Notes: a model not told the origin generated them from the sequence alone. A DNA stretch of 64,000 bases from Vezdaea acicularis (GCA_026025075.1 JAPEUI010000009.1:124001-188000); one strand, 5' to 3'; positions 44,920 to 58,505 are shown, counted from the first letter of the stretch. Translations and numbers: made by a program.

Positions 44920-46148
44920 CTAGATATTCTCCACCATTGAGCTGGTCATCGCCTTCTGAAAGCCCGGGTCGGTGCTAAATTCCATGCCACTCCTGCTCGG
45001 CCCACCAGTGCTGCTCCCCTCGCCCCCCGCATTATCCCTCATAGTGTCCGCAAGAGCCATCTGAGTCTGAACGGTCTGATTGGTCGCAGGGAGGAAGATG
45101 ACCTTGCTGTTGGCAGTCTTCGCCATAGCCTGCATGGCCTCGAGATATCGGATCTGCATGGCAGGGGCACTGCTGAGGATATCGGCGGCCTGGCGCATGA
45201 GCTTGGCGCTCTCGACCTCGGCGCGCGCGGCAATGACCTTGGACTCGCCGATACGCTTGGCCTGCGCGGCCATGCTGAGCGAGTCCTGCAGCTCATTCGA
45301 GAAGATGATGTCTTTGATGAGCATGCTCTCGACCTGCACACCCCAGCCGGAGGCGACGCCCTCGATGATCTCGCCGATGCTCTGCGCGACCTCTTCGCGC
45401 CTCTCGATGACGTCCTGGAGGACGCGCGCGCCGATGACGTGGCGGAGAGTGGTCTGCGTGCGCTCGACAAGCGCTTGACGGATGTTGCTGATGCCAAAGG
45501 CGGCCTTGTGTGGGGATGTGATATGGTAGTAGATGACGCTCGTCAGGTGGAGGGTGACGTTGTCCTTGGTCATGCAGACTTGCTTGGGGACCTCGACGAT
45601 CTGGATCTTGACATCGACTTGGATTAGGCGCTCGGAAAGGGGGTTGATCTTGACGAGGCCGGGGTCGACGGCGCGGTAGAAGCGGCCGAATTTGGTGACG
45701 AGACCGACATTTCCTTGGGACACGGGCTTGTAGGGGTTGGGGCAGATGACGCAACAGGGGATGGCGCCGAGGAAGCCGACGCAGGAGCCGAGAGTATTGA
45801 CTGAAGTCGAATTATGTTAGCATATGTGCGGAAAGGTAATTGGATGAGTTGATGATGGTGGTAGGATTAACGGGGTTGAGAATGGGGGATTGGGGAAAGT
45901 GAGCGCGACGATGATGGTGAAAGAAGGCACGTACTCATCGACCCATACCATCCATGCGCGCTGTCGTCCTCCTCTGCACCGAGCGTCTGCGCATACTGCG
46001 GCTGCAAATCCTCACGACGAGGAGGTCGGACGGAAGCAGCAGCTTCACGAGTAGGGCGGAAGCCGGCACTGGCCGGGCCACCGTTGAGGCCTGAGGATGG
46101 AGCTTTATTATCGACCGAAGGGTCGGAGCCTGTTGTTGTCGTAGCCAT
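44920..46148 (-). CDS. Stomatin-like SPFH/band-7 protein
   Basis: GAIPCCVICPNPYKPV, TKDNV, QTTLRHVIG, LSMAAQAKRIGESKVIAARAEVESA and AMQIRYLE. One intron at ~45935-45801. Confidence 0.93.
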
Positions 46149-46332
46149 CGTGAGGTAGTTTCTGTTTTTGTTGCTCTTATCGAAGCTATCCGATGGCTAA
46201 ATTGAGGTTTGACGGTGGTGATGATAGTGATGGACAATGGTCGAGATGTCGGTGGTGGCAAGGTCGGTCGTCAAAAGTAATCGGGTAGATGCACGGGTCA
46301 CTCGCAACGATAACAAAGAAGCAGAAGACGGA

Positions 46333-46357
46333 CAGCAGCAGCAGCAGCAGCAGCAGC
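46333..46357. repeat. (CAG)8 microsatellite upstream of the stomatin ATG
   Basis: Read directly: CAGCAGCAGCAGCAGCAGCAGCAGC. Confidence 0.9.
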
Positions 46358-47723
46358 GTCGTGGATTGATATAAGCAGCTCGACTCGTAAGGCGGAAAAA
46401 AGACGAACAGACCAGTGAATGGTGACGTTAACCAAAAAGCGCACTTGAACCCATTCGCGCGAGTGATCACGGCGCCCCCTCTCCGGACTCGTGTGCTCAG
46501 CCCAGTCCCCACCCCGTCCAAGCCGCTCCGAAGCAGAATAGCGCGATCGACTGCTAAGCACTTTCCCTAGCGCGGGGCATCTGCTCCGGCACGCCGATTG
46601 CCCGCTGTTACGTTTGCGACGTGCGCGCGGGGGGCAACAGCACCAGAAGCACGGCGCATGCACCACTCGCGCCGGGCCCCACCCCCCTCCCACCGCGCAG
46701 CCATGGGCGCAAAACAGTTAGGGCATAACCGCCCTGCGCCAATGGGAGGGCCCGCGCAACCTCCACGACAGACCCTTTCTGCTGCTTCTCGGGGCACCAG
46801 CATCCCGTGTATTCGACGCGCATCGTCCCCAAGCGATCGCTGCGTGTGAGGGGAGACGGGAGCTATCGAACTCGTGCGGTATCGCGACGGACCTCTGCGC
46901 CGTTCTTCTCGGAGGTGCAGAGAGGCTAGGGAGGGCGGATGACGATGACGAGGCGTCGAGTATTTGATATCGCTGCGCGAGATACGGAACGACATGACGC
47001 GTTCATCCCTTCTTTACGAAGTCGCATCGACGGGGCCTTCTCCGACTGACTGCGGATCGTCTGCTACTGTACGCCCGCGTCGTACGAGGAACCCCAACTC
47101 CTAGCCTGAGGAGCAGTTCGATGCCAAGAGCAACAAATACAAGATGCGCCTGCCCAGCCCCTAACACCCAAACACCTGCCCCTATAATCCAACAAGGCAG
47201 ATACCTCCACCTAACAAAAACACGCTCGAAAAGCAGCCCTACCAATCCTCCCATATATTCGCGCAACAATCACGTTCATTGCCCCGTTGCGTCCAACCTC
47301 TCTTCGCCACACCAAACTCCCATCCAACAGAAACAGCCAGACCCGCCCGACCCTCTCCGTCTGCGCCCTCCCAAGACGAGGTCAAAAGACGAGGCATTTA
47401 AGCTCCCTCATCCCCACTTCGCGTAAGGCGTTCGCCCGTCCTCCTCGTGATATGGGGATCCTCGTCCCCGGAAGACCCGGCATTTGCCCTAGACATATAC
47501 TAGCTCCTCGTCTCTCCAGAGTCAGGGAGGCGCAGTCCCACCATCCCCCCACAAACCCCGGACATGGCGCATCGCATTCGCATCGCATCCACGTTAGCGA
47601 TGTAGCCGAGGGATAACGGCGAAATAAATCTCCGCTTCCCGTTCCGGCTCCCGTCGTGTTGGGAAGGTCGCGCTTTCTTCTTGCATACATATCCCAGGGT
47701 ACCCCCCTTTTCGCAATGTTCTC

Positions 47724-47788
47724 TCTTGCTTCTATCTTGCTTCTATCTTGCTTCTATCTTGCTTCTATCTTACTTCTATCTTGCTTCT
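47724..47788. repeat. 11-bp tandem repeat (TCTTGCTTCTA), ~6 copies
   Basis: Four perfect copies, one with G>A and one partial copy; intergenic. Confidence 0.93.
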
Positions 47789-48831
47789 CTCCCGCTTCCA
47801 TCCCCCTTCCATCCCCCTTCCACACCCTTTCCATCTCCCTTCCATACTCCTTCCATCCCCCCACCAAGTCCCAAGTCCAGCGACAGCCCCCCCCTTCTGC
47901 CTCTTCCAGATTGAGAAGGCACGTGCGCGGATGAGCTTGCCTCATCCGTCCTTCCTCTACTTGCTTTTACGGGAAAGGGATATGGTTACTTTCACGTGAC
48001 AAGTCCTCAACCATAGTACGAAGCAGGAGACGTTCCGAATCCGACCCAAAAACCGAGACACTTGGAGAGGGGGAGAGGGAGTTGTTTATCAACCAGATAT
48101 CCAATTGAGTGAGTCGTACGGAATGGTTTTGCATGCCCTCGGCATAGCAGTGTGAAGTATCAAACGTCACGATTCGAACCATAATGACTGAGAAGGGGGG
48201 GAGAGAGAGCGTGGAAATCACGAGGCAGGTATTCAATTCAGTGAGTCATACGCCACGACACGATCTATGCACAGCTCCCACTCCCATCTCACTCCAGAGC
48301 AACCCCCGGACGAGGATGACAAGTGGGAAGAGGGGAAGAGAGGTGAGTATATCGGGCAAATAAGCAGGATGAACCGAATCGAGTTGAATCGAATTGCACG
48401 CATTCCACAATTGGGCTGCTCGTTCTCGTTGATCCCGTACCCCTATGGCGGAGAAGGGTGGTGGCTGATTGACCGGATGGGCATGGGTTTGCTATCAACG
48501 CGTGACCGTCTGAGTGAGTGACAAGATGTTTGAGTGGAAGACGAGCAGCAGCCATCCGTGCCTGTCCGACAAATATGGAAGCAGAAAAGGATGACATGGA
48601 ACAGAATGGAGAAAGATAATTGCAAATATGGGATCAAGGCAGGACGCCAGCTAGCTCCCACAGGCGGAGATGAATGTATCTATCTGATCTGATCTGATCC
48701 GGGGGTGAGGGAGAGAGAGAGATTCCGCCCTTTCCCATCGCCTTGCTCACCCACGCCATATCCGCCCCATTCCCCCAAACTAAGAACCACACAAAAAAGG
48801 GCTCGTCCCGCTGCCCGACGCAACCGCTCAT

Positions 48832-49505
48832 CTACTTTGAGTTCTGGTCGACCGTCTCCTTCGTCTTGTCCTTGGCCACGTCCCAGTAATTAGCGAGGTA
48901 ACCAAAGATATCCGAGGTGATGGTGAGGCCGGTGGAGACGGTGGCCTTGCCCTGATTGACGAGGCCGGGGCCGGCGCGCTTCGACTCGGCGCCGTAGACG
49001 CTGAAGAGGTAGTCCTTGGTCTCGCCGGCCTTCTTGAAGGGGAAGTAGGCGTAGTCGGTGACGGTGCCCTTGAGCTGGTCCGTCGGCGTCTTGACGATGG
49101 GGAAGGTGTCGTCGACCTTGCTCAGCCCTTTGTCGGCGATCGAGTCCGCTTTGGCGACGTAGGGGGATACGATGCTGTAGGGCTTGGAAAAGTAGGGCAG
49201 GATCGGCTCGGCGAAGGTGGCGTAGCCTTGGTCCGCGAGCGAGAGCGATTTCTGTCCATATGGGTTCTTCTTGAACGTCGTGATCGTGTCGCTAATGACC
49301 GGGTACGATGTGATGTGCTATGACGTAGTCAGTTGGTTAAGCTCTTGAATGTTTTCTTCTTTCCCCAACGATTACAGCAGAAAGTCTGGTGAGATGAAAG
49401 GGGGCCGAATGACAGCAACAAACTTACAGAGATGAAGAGGGAGTTCAAAAGAGGGCTTTCGCCGTTTACTTGTGGAGCCATCGTGTCGTTCTCTGCGTGT
49501 GGCAT
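48832..49505 (-). CDS. Perilipin-like lipid droplet protein (CAP20/MPL1 family); absent from the ORF track
   Basis: MPHAENDTMAPQVNGESPLLNSLFIS|HITSYPVISDTITTFKKNPYGQKSLSLADQGY...ILPYFSKPYSIVSPYVAKADSIADKGLSKVDDTFPIVK...QNSK*. Intron 49427-49318, probable 5'-UTR intron ~49620-49514, and a TATA-like element at ~49705-49711 on the minus strand. Confidence 0.88.
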
Positions 49506-51931
49506 GTAATAAACTGAGAGGTAGCCACAAGGGCGCGTCAGCTCTTTTTTCTCGCTTCTCGAACTTGTTTTATGGTGATAATTTGACCGCATTCACCGCA
49601 TGGGATTGAAAGAAACTCACTTCAGATATTCAGCAAAGTCGTAAGCGAAGCACGAACTTGATCGAGGACCAGGTCGTACAGTGGCTTAAAAGGGATCAAG
49701 GTGCTTATATTGCGATCTGTTCACCCCAAGCCGGATCAGCCACAGCTCCATCCACAAACGCGTAAGAGAGGCAAAGGCAGGCGCTGGCAGGCATGTGAAA
49801 GGGCGCGGCAGTCGGATCCGTCACTTACGTTTCCTTGATTCTCACAAGCCGTTGCAGGGTGTGACGAAAAGGCTGGTCGTTGAATGGTATTGGAGAAATA
49901 AGAGAAGGATTCTGAGACGAGACGAGGTGTTGGATGACGAAGAGAGGGAGGGAGAGAGAGAGGGTGGGATGGGGGCAAGAACTTCAACGGAAAGGGTGGC
50001 AGCAACAAGAGAGCTCCAGTAGCAGCGGTCAAATATGAGTCGCCGCGGCGCAACGGCTTTCAATCGTTCTGTCCAGTCTGTTGAGGCTATCATGCCCGGT
50101 TTGGCTGTAGCCACGAGCTAGAGCTACGAAACTGCCTAATCTGCGGGTCCCTCTGCCCCCCCTCCCTCCCCCCCAAATCTCGCCCGCCAGATTTTTGCGC
50201 AATCGATTTTGCATGTGATAAACGGTGTTCGCGCAGCACGCGCACGTAATCGCCGTCCGATGCACGGGGCAAACAGCCAACGAACACACGGTATGCCGGT
50301 GGGAGAGAAACAGCTAATCGGCAGAGCTGGCGATGAATGCGATTGAGATGTATCGCCAGTTCTTTCAATGGTTTGACGGGGTTAATGCAATCAATCTGCA
50401 CTCCGCAATCCCGCTCCCGCAGCTTTGCGCCCTGGCTCTAGCTTTTTCATTCGAGCAAAGATGCCTACCTTTGGATTAACATTGGCACCTCAATGGATGA
50501 TTCATTCGTCTCTTGTATCCCGCAATTGTAGGCTCATACCTACCAATCCTGAAGTGCTCGATCCATCGTACCACCACCTTCGCATAGCCATTGAACCGGA
50601 GCAACGGAGGAGAAGGGCCCTCACTTTCACGTTCACCACGAGCGCATTGCAATTCGCGCGCCTTTGGGACCTTTCTCCGTGGCGTAGATAGCTGCCATTG
50701 ATGCGGCTTGCACGCTCGAGCACGTTAGTGCCGGCTTCGGGGGGCCGAGAAATGAAAGGGGAGAGCTTCTGAAAGCAGCCCCATGCCGCCATCGACAAGC
50801 CAGTTCCAAGGCTTTTGTGACGCTACACGCAGCGTCACATACCATTCTACCTCGGACATCAAAAGACTGACAATGGTCCGTGTTCGCTTGCTTATATTTC
50901 CGATCTCGTAAGGACCAATTCACAACGGTGAAAGCAGAACGAGCACGCGAAGAGTATCCGATAGAGACCCTTTGCAGCTTTTTCCCAACAGCTTGGATCT
51001 GACGTCACGGGCTCTGACATGTGAACGTCGCTTGCGAGGAGCTGGGCCCTGGCAACTGCCGCCGCGAAGGGGGAGATTTGAAGGAACCGCCGCCCCAGCC
51101 AAGACGGTTATCAGCACGCCTTCCATGCAGCAAACTCGATTGAAGCCGTTGCGAACGGGGGCTTCAACTGGAAGTGCGATGCGTCTGGCAGTGCGGAGAA
51201 GCGGCGCACGGTGCTCCTCCTGATTGAGGATCCTCTTCGCGGAGCGCGGGTGGGCGAGAACGATCGGGACGAGAGACGCTTTAGTCGTTCTGAGCCACTC
51301 TTTCGAGGTCTTCTGGCTGCCTAGATAACGCTTGACTGGAAGCCCCTGCGCCAGTGCCGTTGTTGCCGGAAGGATAGCGCATCATGTCTCTACCTTGTGA
51401 GGTTCAGGTTCTCGTCAAATTCAAGGGCACAATCTAATTCTTGGCTGGACGTATTGACGTCACGTGATGCATGGACAACTTTAACTGCCTTGAAACCTCT
51501 CGGCGTACAACTTGTGCTTAGGACGTAAAGGTCTGATATATGACTGTCTTTCTCCCAGTTCCCTCTTTTTTCGTCACTTAAAACTCCTTGTATTGGCCCT
51601 GATGCAGTGGCGCTACCCCAGCCCGTAACCGTACATGGTTTTAGATTGGCATTTTTCATGGGGTGGGTTGTCTGAAGTGATATCGTAACGTAGCAACTCG
51701 TCACCTTCAAAGACAGCTCAGCTCCCAGTGGATGAGAATGGATCGATAAAATTCCGCTAAAATAAACATAATTTGCTACACTAGAGCGCTGCTCTTCCAT
51801 ACTGCGCAAGGCTCACCAAACGTCTCCCTCATCGCTGCGATGCACCCTTTCGCTAGTCCCTCGAAACTCCCAAAGCGAACGCTCACGGTAGAGAGAAAGA
51901 GAGAGAAGCATAAATCATAAATCACCCTCCG

Positions 51932-54900
51932 CTACTCATCCAGCCCGTCCACAATCCCACTGACGCTGCTCGCATCGCCCTCATACTTGACTAAACCCTG
52001 ATGCTCCTCATCATACTCGTCACCCTCCGCTCCCCCGATCATCGTCCCAGTGCCAAGCTCGGTTCCGTAACTCGTTGATCTCGCCCCACTGACACTCGAC
52101 CCCAACTGGCTGTGTCCACCTCCTCCTCGCTGTGTCCCTTCGCTCGCGTCACTCAGTTCACCATCACTCCCCTCCTCCTGAAAGGTCGGGTCGTTTTCCT
52201 TGTCTCTTGCGTCGAAACGGCTATGACCGCCCCACGACGTCTTGCGTGCACCCCTCATGCCCGTACCCAAGCTCGTCTTGACAGACTGGCTGCGCTTCAG
52301 ATTGCCTAACCCGCGATCTGCAGGAACCAATGGAGCCAAGGATGCGTTGCCGCCGCTAGGGACGTTGTTCGTGATTTGATTCAACGACAGGATGCGTCGA
52401 CCGGACGTGTTCGGGCCAGCAGGGTTCATCTTAGGAGGCAGACCACCACGCTTCAAAGCCATACTCACGGCGCTCTGGCCTAAGCTTGAAGCTGTGGCTG
52501 TATTAGTCGAAGCATGGCTCGGTACACGCTTTAGACTCATGTGACTAGTTCCTTTTCCTGGTCTTGAGATGAGGAGAGCACGGGAGTGATCGATGACGCC
52601 TTCAAGAATCCGTCGTTCGAGACCTTCTGCTCGACTTTCCATCACTGCAAGCTCTTCACGGCGGATCTTGAGGGCGGTTTCGAGGGACGACACGTCGGCC
52701 GTAAGATGCATCTTGTGGTTTGCGAGCTCTGCTCTTTCAGCTTTAAGGGCAGCGACCTCTGCGAGGAGTTCATCCTTCTGATCTTGAAGAGCAGCGGTCT
52801 CGCACTCGACACGCTCCTGATGAGCCAACCTCTTTTCTAGTACGATTGCTGCTTCTTCAGCCTGACGCTCCTTACTCTCGTGGTCTTCTGTGATCAGTCG
52901 CGCCTGTACGGCTACAAACTCTGACACTTCGGCGGCTGTGGTCATCACCTGTTGATGGATCTGATCGAGCATATCGATCTGCGCGAATGACTTTCCGGCC
53001 GCGGTCGCATGATTGATGAGTTTATCAAGCTTGCTGTGCACCTCGGTATCGTCGTATTTCTCTCGTTCGAGCATCTCATGTACTGTTGGCGCAGATACGG
53101 GGGGGCCCTCGATGGCTGCGGCAGACCGATCGCGAACTTCAGACTCTTCAACTTGCTTTCGTGACTGCTCATAATGTTGACCAACAATGAGTAGGATGTC
53201 TTTGACGGAGTTTAGGATTTTTGGATGATAGTCTTGCACCTGATCCTGAATACTGCCAACCAACGCAAGAGTTTTCTGAGCTTCCCCTCTAGTAAGGAGA
53301 TGCTCGGCCTTGGCTTCGCTATGAGTTGACTCGAGCCGAGCATAGGTATCTTCGATTCGAGTAAAGACCGTTTTGGAGTCTTCACCCATACGGTCAGCTA
53401 CCTCGGTGAAGGCCGTGCCTAATGTTGCGGTATTCAACTTGACTTCTTCAAGTGTTGCACGAGTTCCGGCGAGAAGATCGTCGTTCATCGCTTCTTTGTC
53501 ATCGAAGATCTTTTGCTTCTGGTCCGCTGCAATTTGCGCATCCTCAAGCTTCACCATGATATCTTCGAATCGCTCATCCAATTTTACTAGGAGTTCGGCG
53601 TTCTTGTCGTCGTGCCTCTGAAGTAGTACAGATGTCTTCTCGTCGCTATCGAGTTTGATACCCTCGATGCTGCCATGTGCGCGGTCAAACTCCCTACTGA
53701 TCGTCTCCATCATTTCCTTGACCTCCGCCGCGATATTAGCGTTTGCGCCGAGCGTCTCCCCAAGTCCCTCGACGAGGCGAGCCACGTTTTCAACCCCAGA
53801 TGTACCGTCTTCCACACTTATTTTGAGCTCATCCTTGATCTGCTCGAGGAATTCTCTTACGGATGTTAGCTTTTCGCCTAAAGTCTCGCTCTCAATCCTG
53901 CGATCCTCCATAGCTGTGCTAATATCTTTGGCATGGGTACTGTGGGTCTCGTGGTGCTCTTTCATTAGGTGTTCGAGTGCTTCTAAGGCCGAGCTAGAAG
54001 GCATCGATTCTAGGTGCGGCAAAACGACCTGATCGATTTGGGCTTTTGTGTCAGCACAGATACCTTCGATGGCGTCAAGGTCCGTCTTCGTCGCCCTTTC
54101 TCCATCTTCATATTCTCGCGCGGCCCTTTCCTTCATCTCTTCTAGACTGTCTTTCATATCCTTTACCATTGATCCTAGGATAACGACATCTTCTTGTTTC
54201 GGTATATCAGATCCCATCTTGACATTCAAGTCTTCGACGATTTCTTTGATGTCTTTCACCGTCATCTCCACATAATCCAGGTCTTCCCTTTTGACTGAAG
54301 TCTCGGCAATAGGTACAAGAATGTCATCTATCTTTGCCTTCGTGTTGATCAGTAATGTTTCTACAGCGTCCATGTCTTCTTTCCTAACACTGTCCTCATC
54401 TTGACGCCGCTCTTTCTCTGCAAGCGCCGCGATTGATGCTTGAACTTGATGAAGCATTTCCTCAAGTCCAGTCAAGTCATCTTTATTCACAGAGTTTTCT
54501 CCGCCATGAGAGGAAGGTGGTGGGGGTTGGGGCATGCCATCCAGAGATTCGACTTTGATGCGAAGCTGTGTTATCATAACCTCGAGATTTTCGATATCAT
54601 TTCGCTTCAGCGAATCGGCCACTACGATCTCGCCCTGACCTAAGTCAAGCTCCCGAGAGGTTGTAGGTACTGCTGGCTCTGCTGTTGCTGCCGTTGCTGC
54701 CGTCGTGGCTGCATTCGCTTGAGCTTCCCGCATCTGATCAAGATCTGCTCGCACACTAGCCATCCCTTCTTTCAAAGTCTCAAGAATCTCATATGAGACT
54801 GACATATCGACCGGCTTGGCCACAAGTTTTTCAACGTCTGCTCGCAAACCGTCAAGACCATCACTTAGTGCGTCTAGGATTTCTCCGGTTCCCGAAATGA

Positions 54901-57900
54901 TACTTTCGGGTCTATCATTATGGTGGATCCTTTCCATGTCGGTGCGAATACCGTCCAGACCATCCTTCATCGCTTCGATAATCTCGTCTCTATCAACGGA
55001 TCCACTGGACCTAATGAGCGACGTCGACAGTGTTGATCGCAGATGCTCGAACTCTTCTCTCATTATATCTACCATCTCGCTCGAGGATGAACTATCCCCA
55101 CCTTTGATAATGTTCTTCGCAAGCGTTTCACGAAGGTGTTCGAATTCCTCCTTGATGAAGTGGAACGTTTCGCTTTGAGCAGCAGAATCCCCTCGACCAT
55201 TCTCAAGCTCGTTTCGAAGGTCATTGGATATCCGCTCCGACGATCCTCTGATAGCATCCAAGATCTCATCTCGGCCCGTCACGTCTGCCGCACGGTCAAC
55301 GTAGGTTTCGATTTCTGCTCGTAGGTGTTCCAAGCCGTCCTTGACTGCATCAAGCACTTGCTCCGTATCTCTGCCATTTGCAGCGACATTCTGCTTCGCT
55401 TCGTCAGAGACCCCTTTGAATTCGATGTGCATGGCGTTGACTACTTGGTCCAACCGCTCGAGGAGTTGCTCGCCTATAGTGCCGCCTAATGAGGTCGGTC
55501 CTGCTTCAAGTCCTTCTCGCACGGCGAACAAGATGTCATCTCTTGTGACATCTTTGCCAATACCAGGAGCGTGGGTTGGAAAATCGAATGTTGAGAGGCC
55601 TTCTTTGACAGCGCCTAGGACATGATCACGGTTTAGTTCATCACTCCTTGGGGCAGGCTGTTCATGAGCTGGGAAGGGGAACTTTTCGAGGCATTCTCGG
55701 ACAGTCACAAGAATTTCATCTCGAGTGATACTGGCTTCGGTCTCGGGCGGCGGGGGTGGTGTAAAATTTTGGAGGCCCTCGCGGACAGCGTCTAAAATTT
55801 CTTCTCGGCCGACGCCCTCAATGTCTCTCGATTGACCCTGTGGGCGATACTCTTCGAGGCCTTCCTTCAAGCATTGTAGTATCTCTTCGCGCTCGAGACC
55901 AAAGTTCTGGAGTTCGATCTCGGGTTTGTAAGATTCCCAAGCATCTTTAATCGCTTCCAAGATATCCTCTTTCACCATTCCATTTGATGGCGCACTAGCG
56001 GCAAAACGTTGTGAGAGCTGCATCTCGCTCATCGCGTTCTTCACCGCGTGATACACTTCTTGGCTGTCGACAGTGCTCTTAGAAATGCTGGATGAGTTAG
56101 ACTGACGACGATTCTCTCGCATGATCTGATCCATGTGCGTCTTGAGCTGTGAGAGGCCCTCTTCAACAATTCGAGCTACCTCTTCTCTATCAGGGCCCTG
56201 CGATCGCGGAGTATCGTTTTTGTCGATTGTGTCTAGCTTGCGACCAATCTCCCTACCCATACCAAGAACCTCACCGCGAAGCTCCCGAACTAGAGCCTTG
56301 ACTTCTGCAGTCATTCCACCATTCTCAGAAACGCTATCTTTCAGTTTCCTCAGAAGCTTCAAGATATCATCGCTCACGAAATCAGCCGCTCTTGGGCTCG
56401 CGTATGCCTGGCTGGCCCCAGTGCCTGGACGTGGAAGCGAAGGACTTGCATGAGGAGTCAATTCTCGAGTTGCGCGGGCCAATGGTCCAGAACGGGGAGG
56501 CGTCTCAAAATTAAGCTCTAACCTTGGAGGGCAGTCTCCACTGTTGGCACTGCTGTTGTTTATTTCTCGAAATTCTGATTGCCCCTGAGGCCGGGTTACT
56601 AAAGCAAAAGACCCGGATTTCTCTTTGATGAAGTCGGCAACCTCTTCAAGCTTTCTAGCAGTCTTGGTACTATCTTTCTCCAGCTTTGAGGCGAGCTCCG
56701 TGAAAGATGATAGAACTCGCTCCTGTCCTTCCTTTGTGCTCATCTCTCTCAGTATCTTTTCCAATAACGCAAGATTTGCAGCCCCGTCTAGTCCGTAAGG
56801 CGAGGGACTGTTGACAAGCTCCCTTTCGAGGGTTGCAGCAAAAGTATTTGGGCTAGGTATTCTCGGTAATGCAAATGTTTTGGTAGGAGGGTCACAATGT
56901 GGCTTGTTGTCAATCAAGTAGGCGCCTGTCCCAGGACCAGCTCGACTTGTTGAGCGCGAGGAGTGATCTCCTTGCTGAATTGACAAGTTCCCGGAGAAAA
57001 GGTTTGTTGTAAGCTCTTTTAGACTCTTGCGGATATCTTCATCCCGAGTGCTAGTCGCCTCTTTGAGGCTGATGAGATCTGTTGCATTGTCCTTACTACG
57101 ACGAGTCAGCTGGGCCATCTCTCGCTGTAGGTTCGTAGCAATGCTAGTCAAGCTTAAAATCTGAGTTGATATAGCATCAAATGTGTGAGGTGTCCGAGCA
57201 AGGGCTGTCGAAGAGTTTGTGATGGCAGAAAGAGGGGTCATATCCATATTTGTTGGGGTAGGCATGTTTTGTAGTGCTAGCATAGTCGCAGAAGGGGGTG
57301 GGGTGTTTTCTCCGAGGATACTTCGGGGAGGTGGACGAGTGGCAGCACGTGGGACATGTATATCTCGCGAACGGTCCTTACTCATCGGAGTGGGCGTATT
57401 GGGGTGCCCTGGACTCTTCTCCGTTGAGCGCTCTCCGATATCCCTTGCAAAATCTCTACTGGTAAAAGTTGGCGTATTTGACCGAAGAGAGGACCTATCC
57501 GGGGAGCGTTCCGGAGATCGTGAGTTCGTTCCTTCTATATAGAGGCTTAGGTCGCGAACGCTATTACTGTTACTTGTCTGTAATGATTGCATGCGCTTGT
57601 GGTGGTGGCCTTTGATCAATGATTTCTCTGGTGAATTGTCTCGCTTTGGGGGCAACGGATTCGTTGTGTACGGGCTTGGGCCTGCGCTCTCTCGCGCTTT
57701 TTCAGTCAACGCTGCAGCCGCAGCGGCTACAGTTGCCGAAGTATTAGGACGTGTCGCAGGGCTGGATGAAGAAGGATTGAGAGGTAGCGGCGGTGGAGCT
57801 CGTTCGGGATCAGAGCTATCCCACCTACAAAGGTTCAAAGGGTATTAGTCAAAGGTACCTTCTACTCGAAGGATGTATATTGGGTAGAGCATAGTCGGAG

Positions 57901-58051
57901 GCTCGTCAGAAGGAAGGGTACGATAAGAAGTAGATGCGGGGACCAAACGAGCGTACATAGGAATTGATGACCTCCCCAACTCTGAGAATGAATGCTGATG
58001 TTTGACCGCATTTTCGCGGTCACGGGATGATTCTCTATCCGCGGAAGGCAT
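51932..58051 (-). CDS. ~2000-aa coiled-coil protein of unknown function with internal helical repeats
   Basis: Exon 1 MPSADRE...SSIPM, intron 57956-57825, then WDSSDPERAPPPLPLNP and a long open exon with extended heptad regions. Resembles a Pezizomycotina family often loosely labelled 'chromosome segregation ATPase-like'; no Walker A motif seen. Confidence 0.85.
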
Positions 58052-58412
58052 TCTAAAGCTGGGCCCTTTGGGTCCTCCTGGTGCTGTGGAATGCGTCGTG
58101 AAGGTTGGAAGCTAGGAATGCCCTGAGGAATGGGGAACTCGAGACCTCGAGAAGAACAAAAGCCCCGAGGCTTATGCTCTGCAGGTGGAGACTGCAATTA
58201 TTCTAAGGTAAACTTACGTCGCAATTGAGAGACGTAATTGTAAAGCCAGTGCGCCTGAATGATGGTGGTCTGTGAGTTCCGATACGAGTAGTTGCTACGC
58301 TTACATGGATTTGTTTACGAAAACATTCGGCTAGCGACAAATACCACTCAGGCAATTGACGTGCCAAGATTTTCGGCGCTAAGCGAAGCAAGCCCTCGCT
58401 TGCCATTTCGGC

Positions 58413-58419
58413 GTGACTG
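58413..58419. promoter_or_regulatory. Homol-D-like element (GTGACTG) upstream of RPL27
   Basis: Matches the core of the fungal ribosomal-protein promoter element TGTGACTG/CAGTCACA, ~90 bp before the RPL27 ATG. Confidence 0.4.
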
Positions 58420-58505
58420 CCCACTAAAAGTGCGGAAGCGAAATATAAAGATTCAAAACGACACTCGACACAGTTAGCCGGTGCAAGCTTACAACGGTTG
58501 TCGAG

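Noticed and set aside
46186..51809. Numerous 60-140-aa ORFs in the two long spacers
   Set aside because: Low-complexity, mutually overlapping and without domain-like features. The only credible gene in this interval is the perilipin-like CDS.
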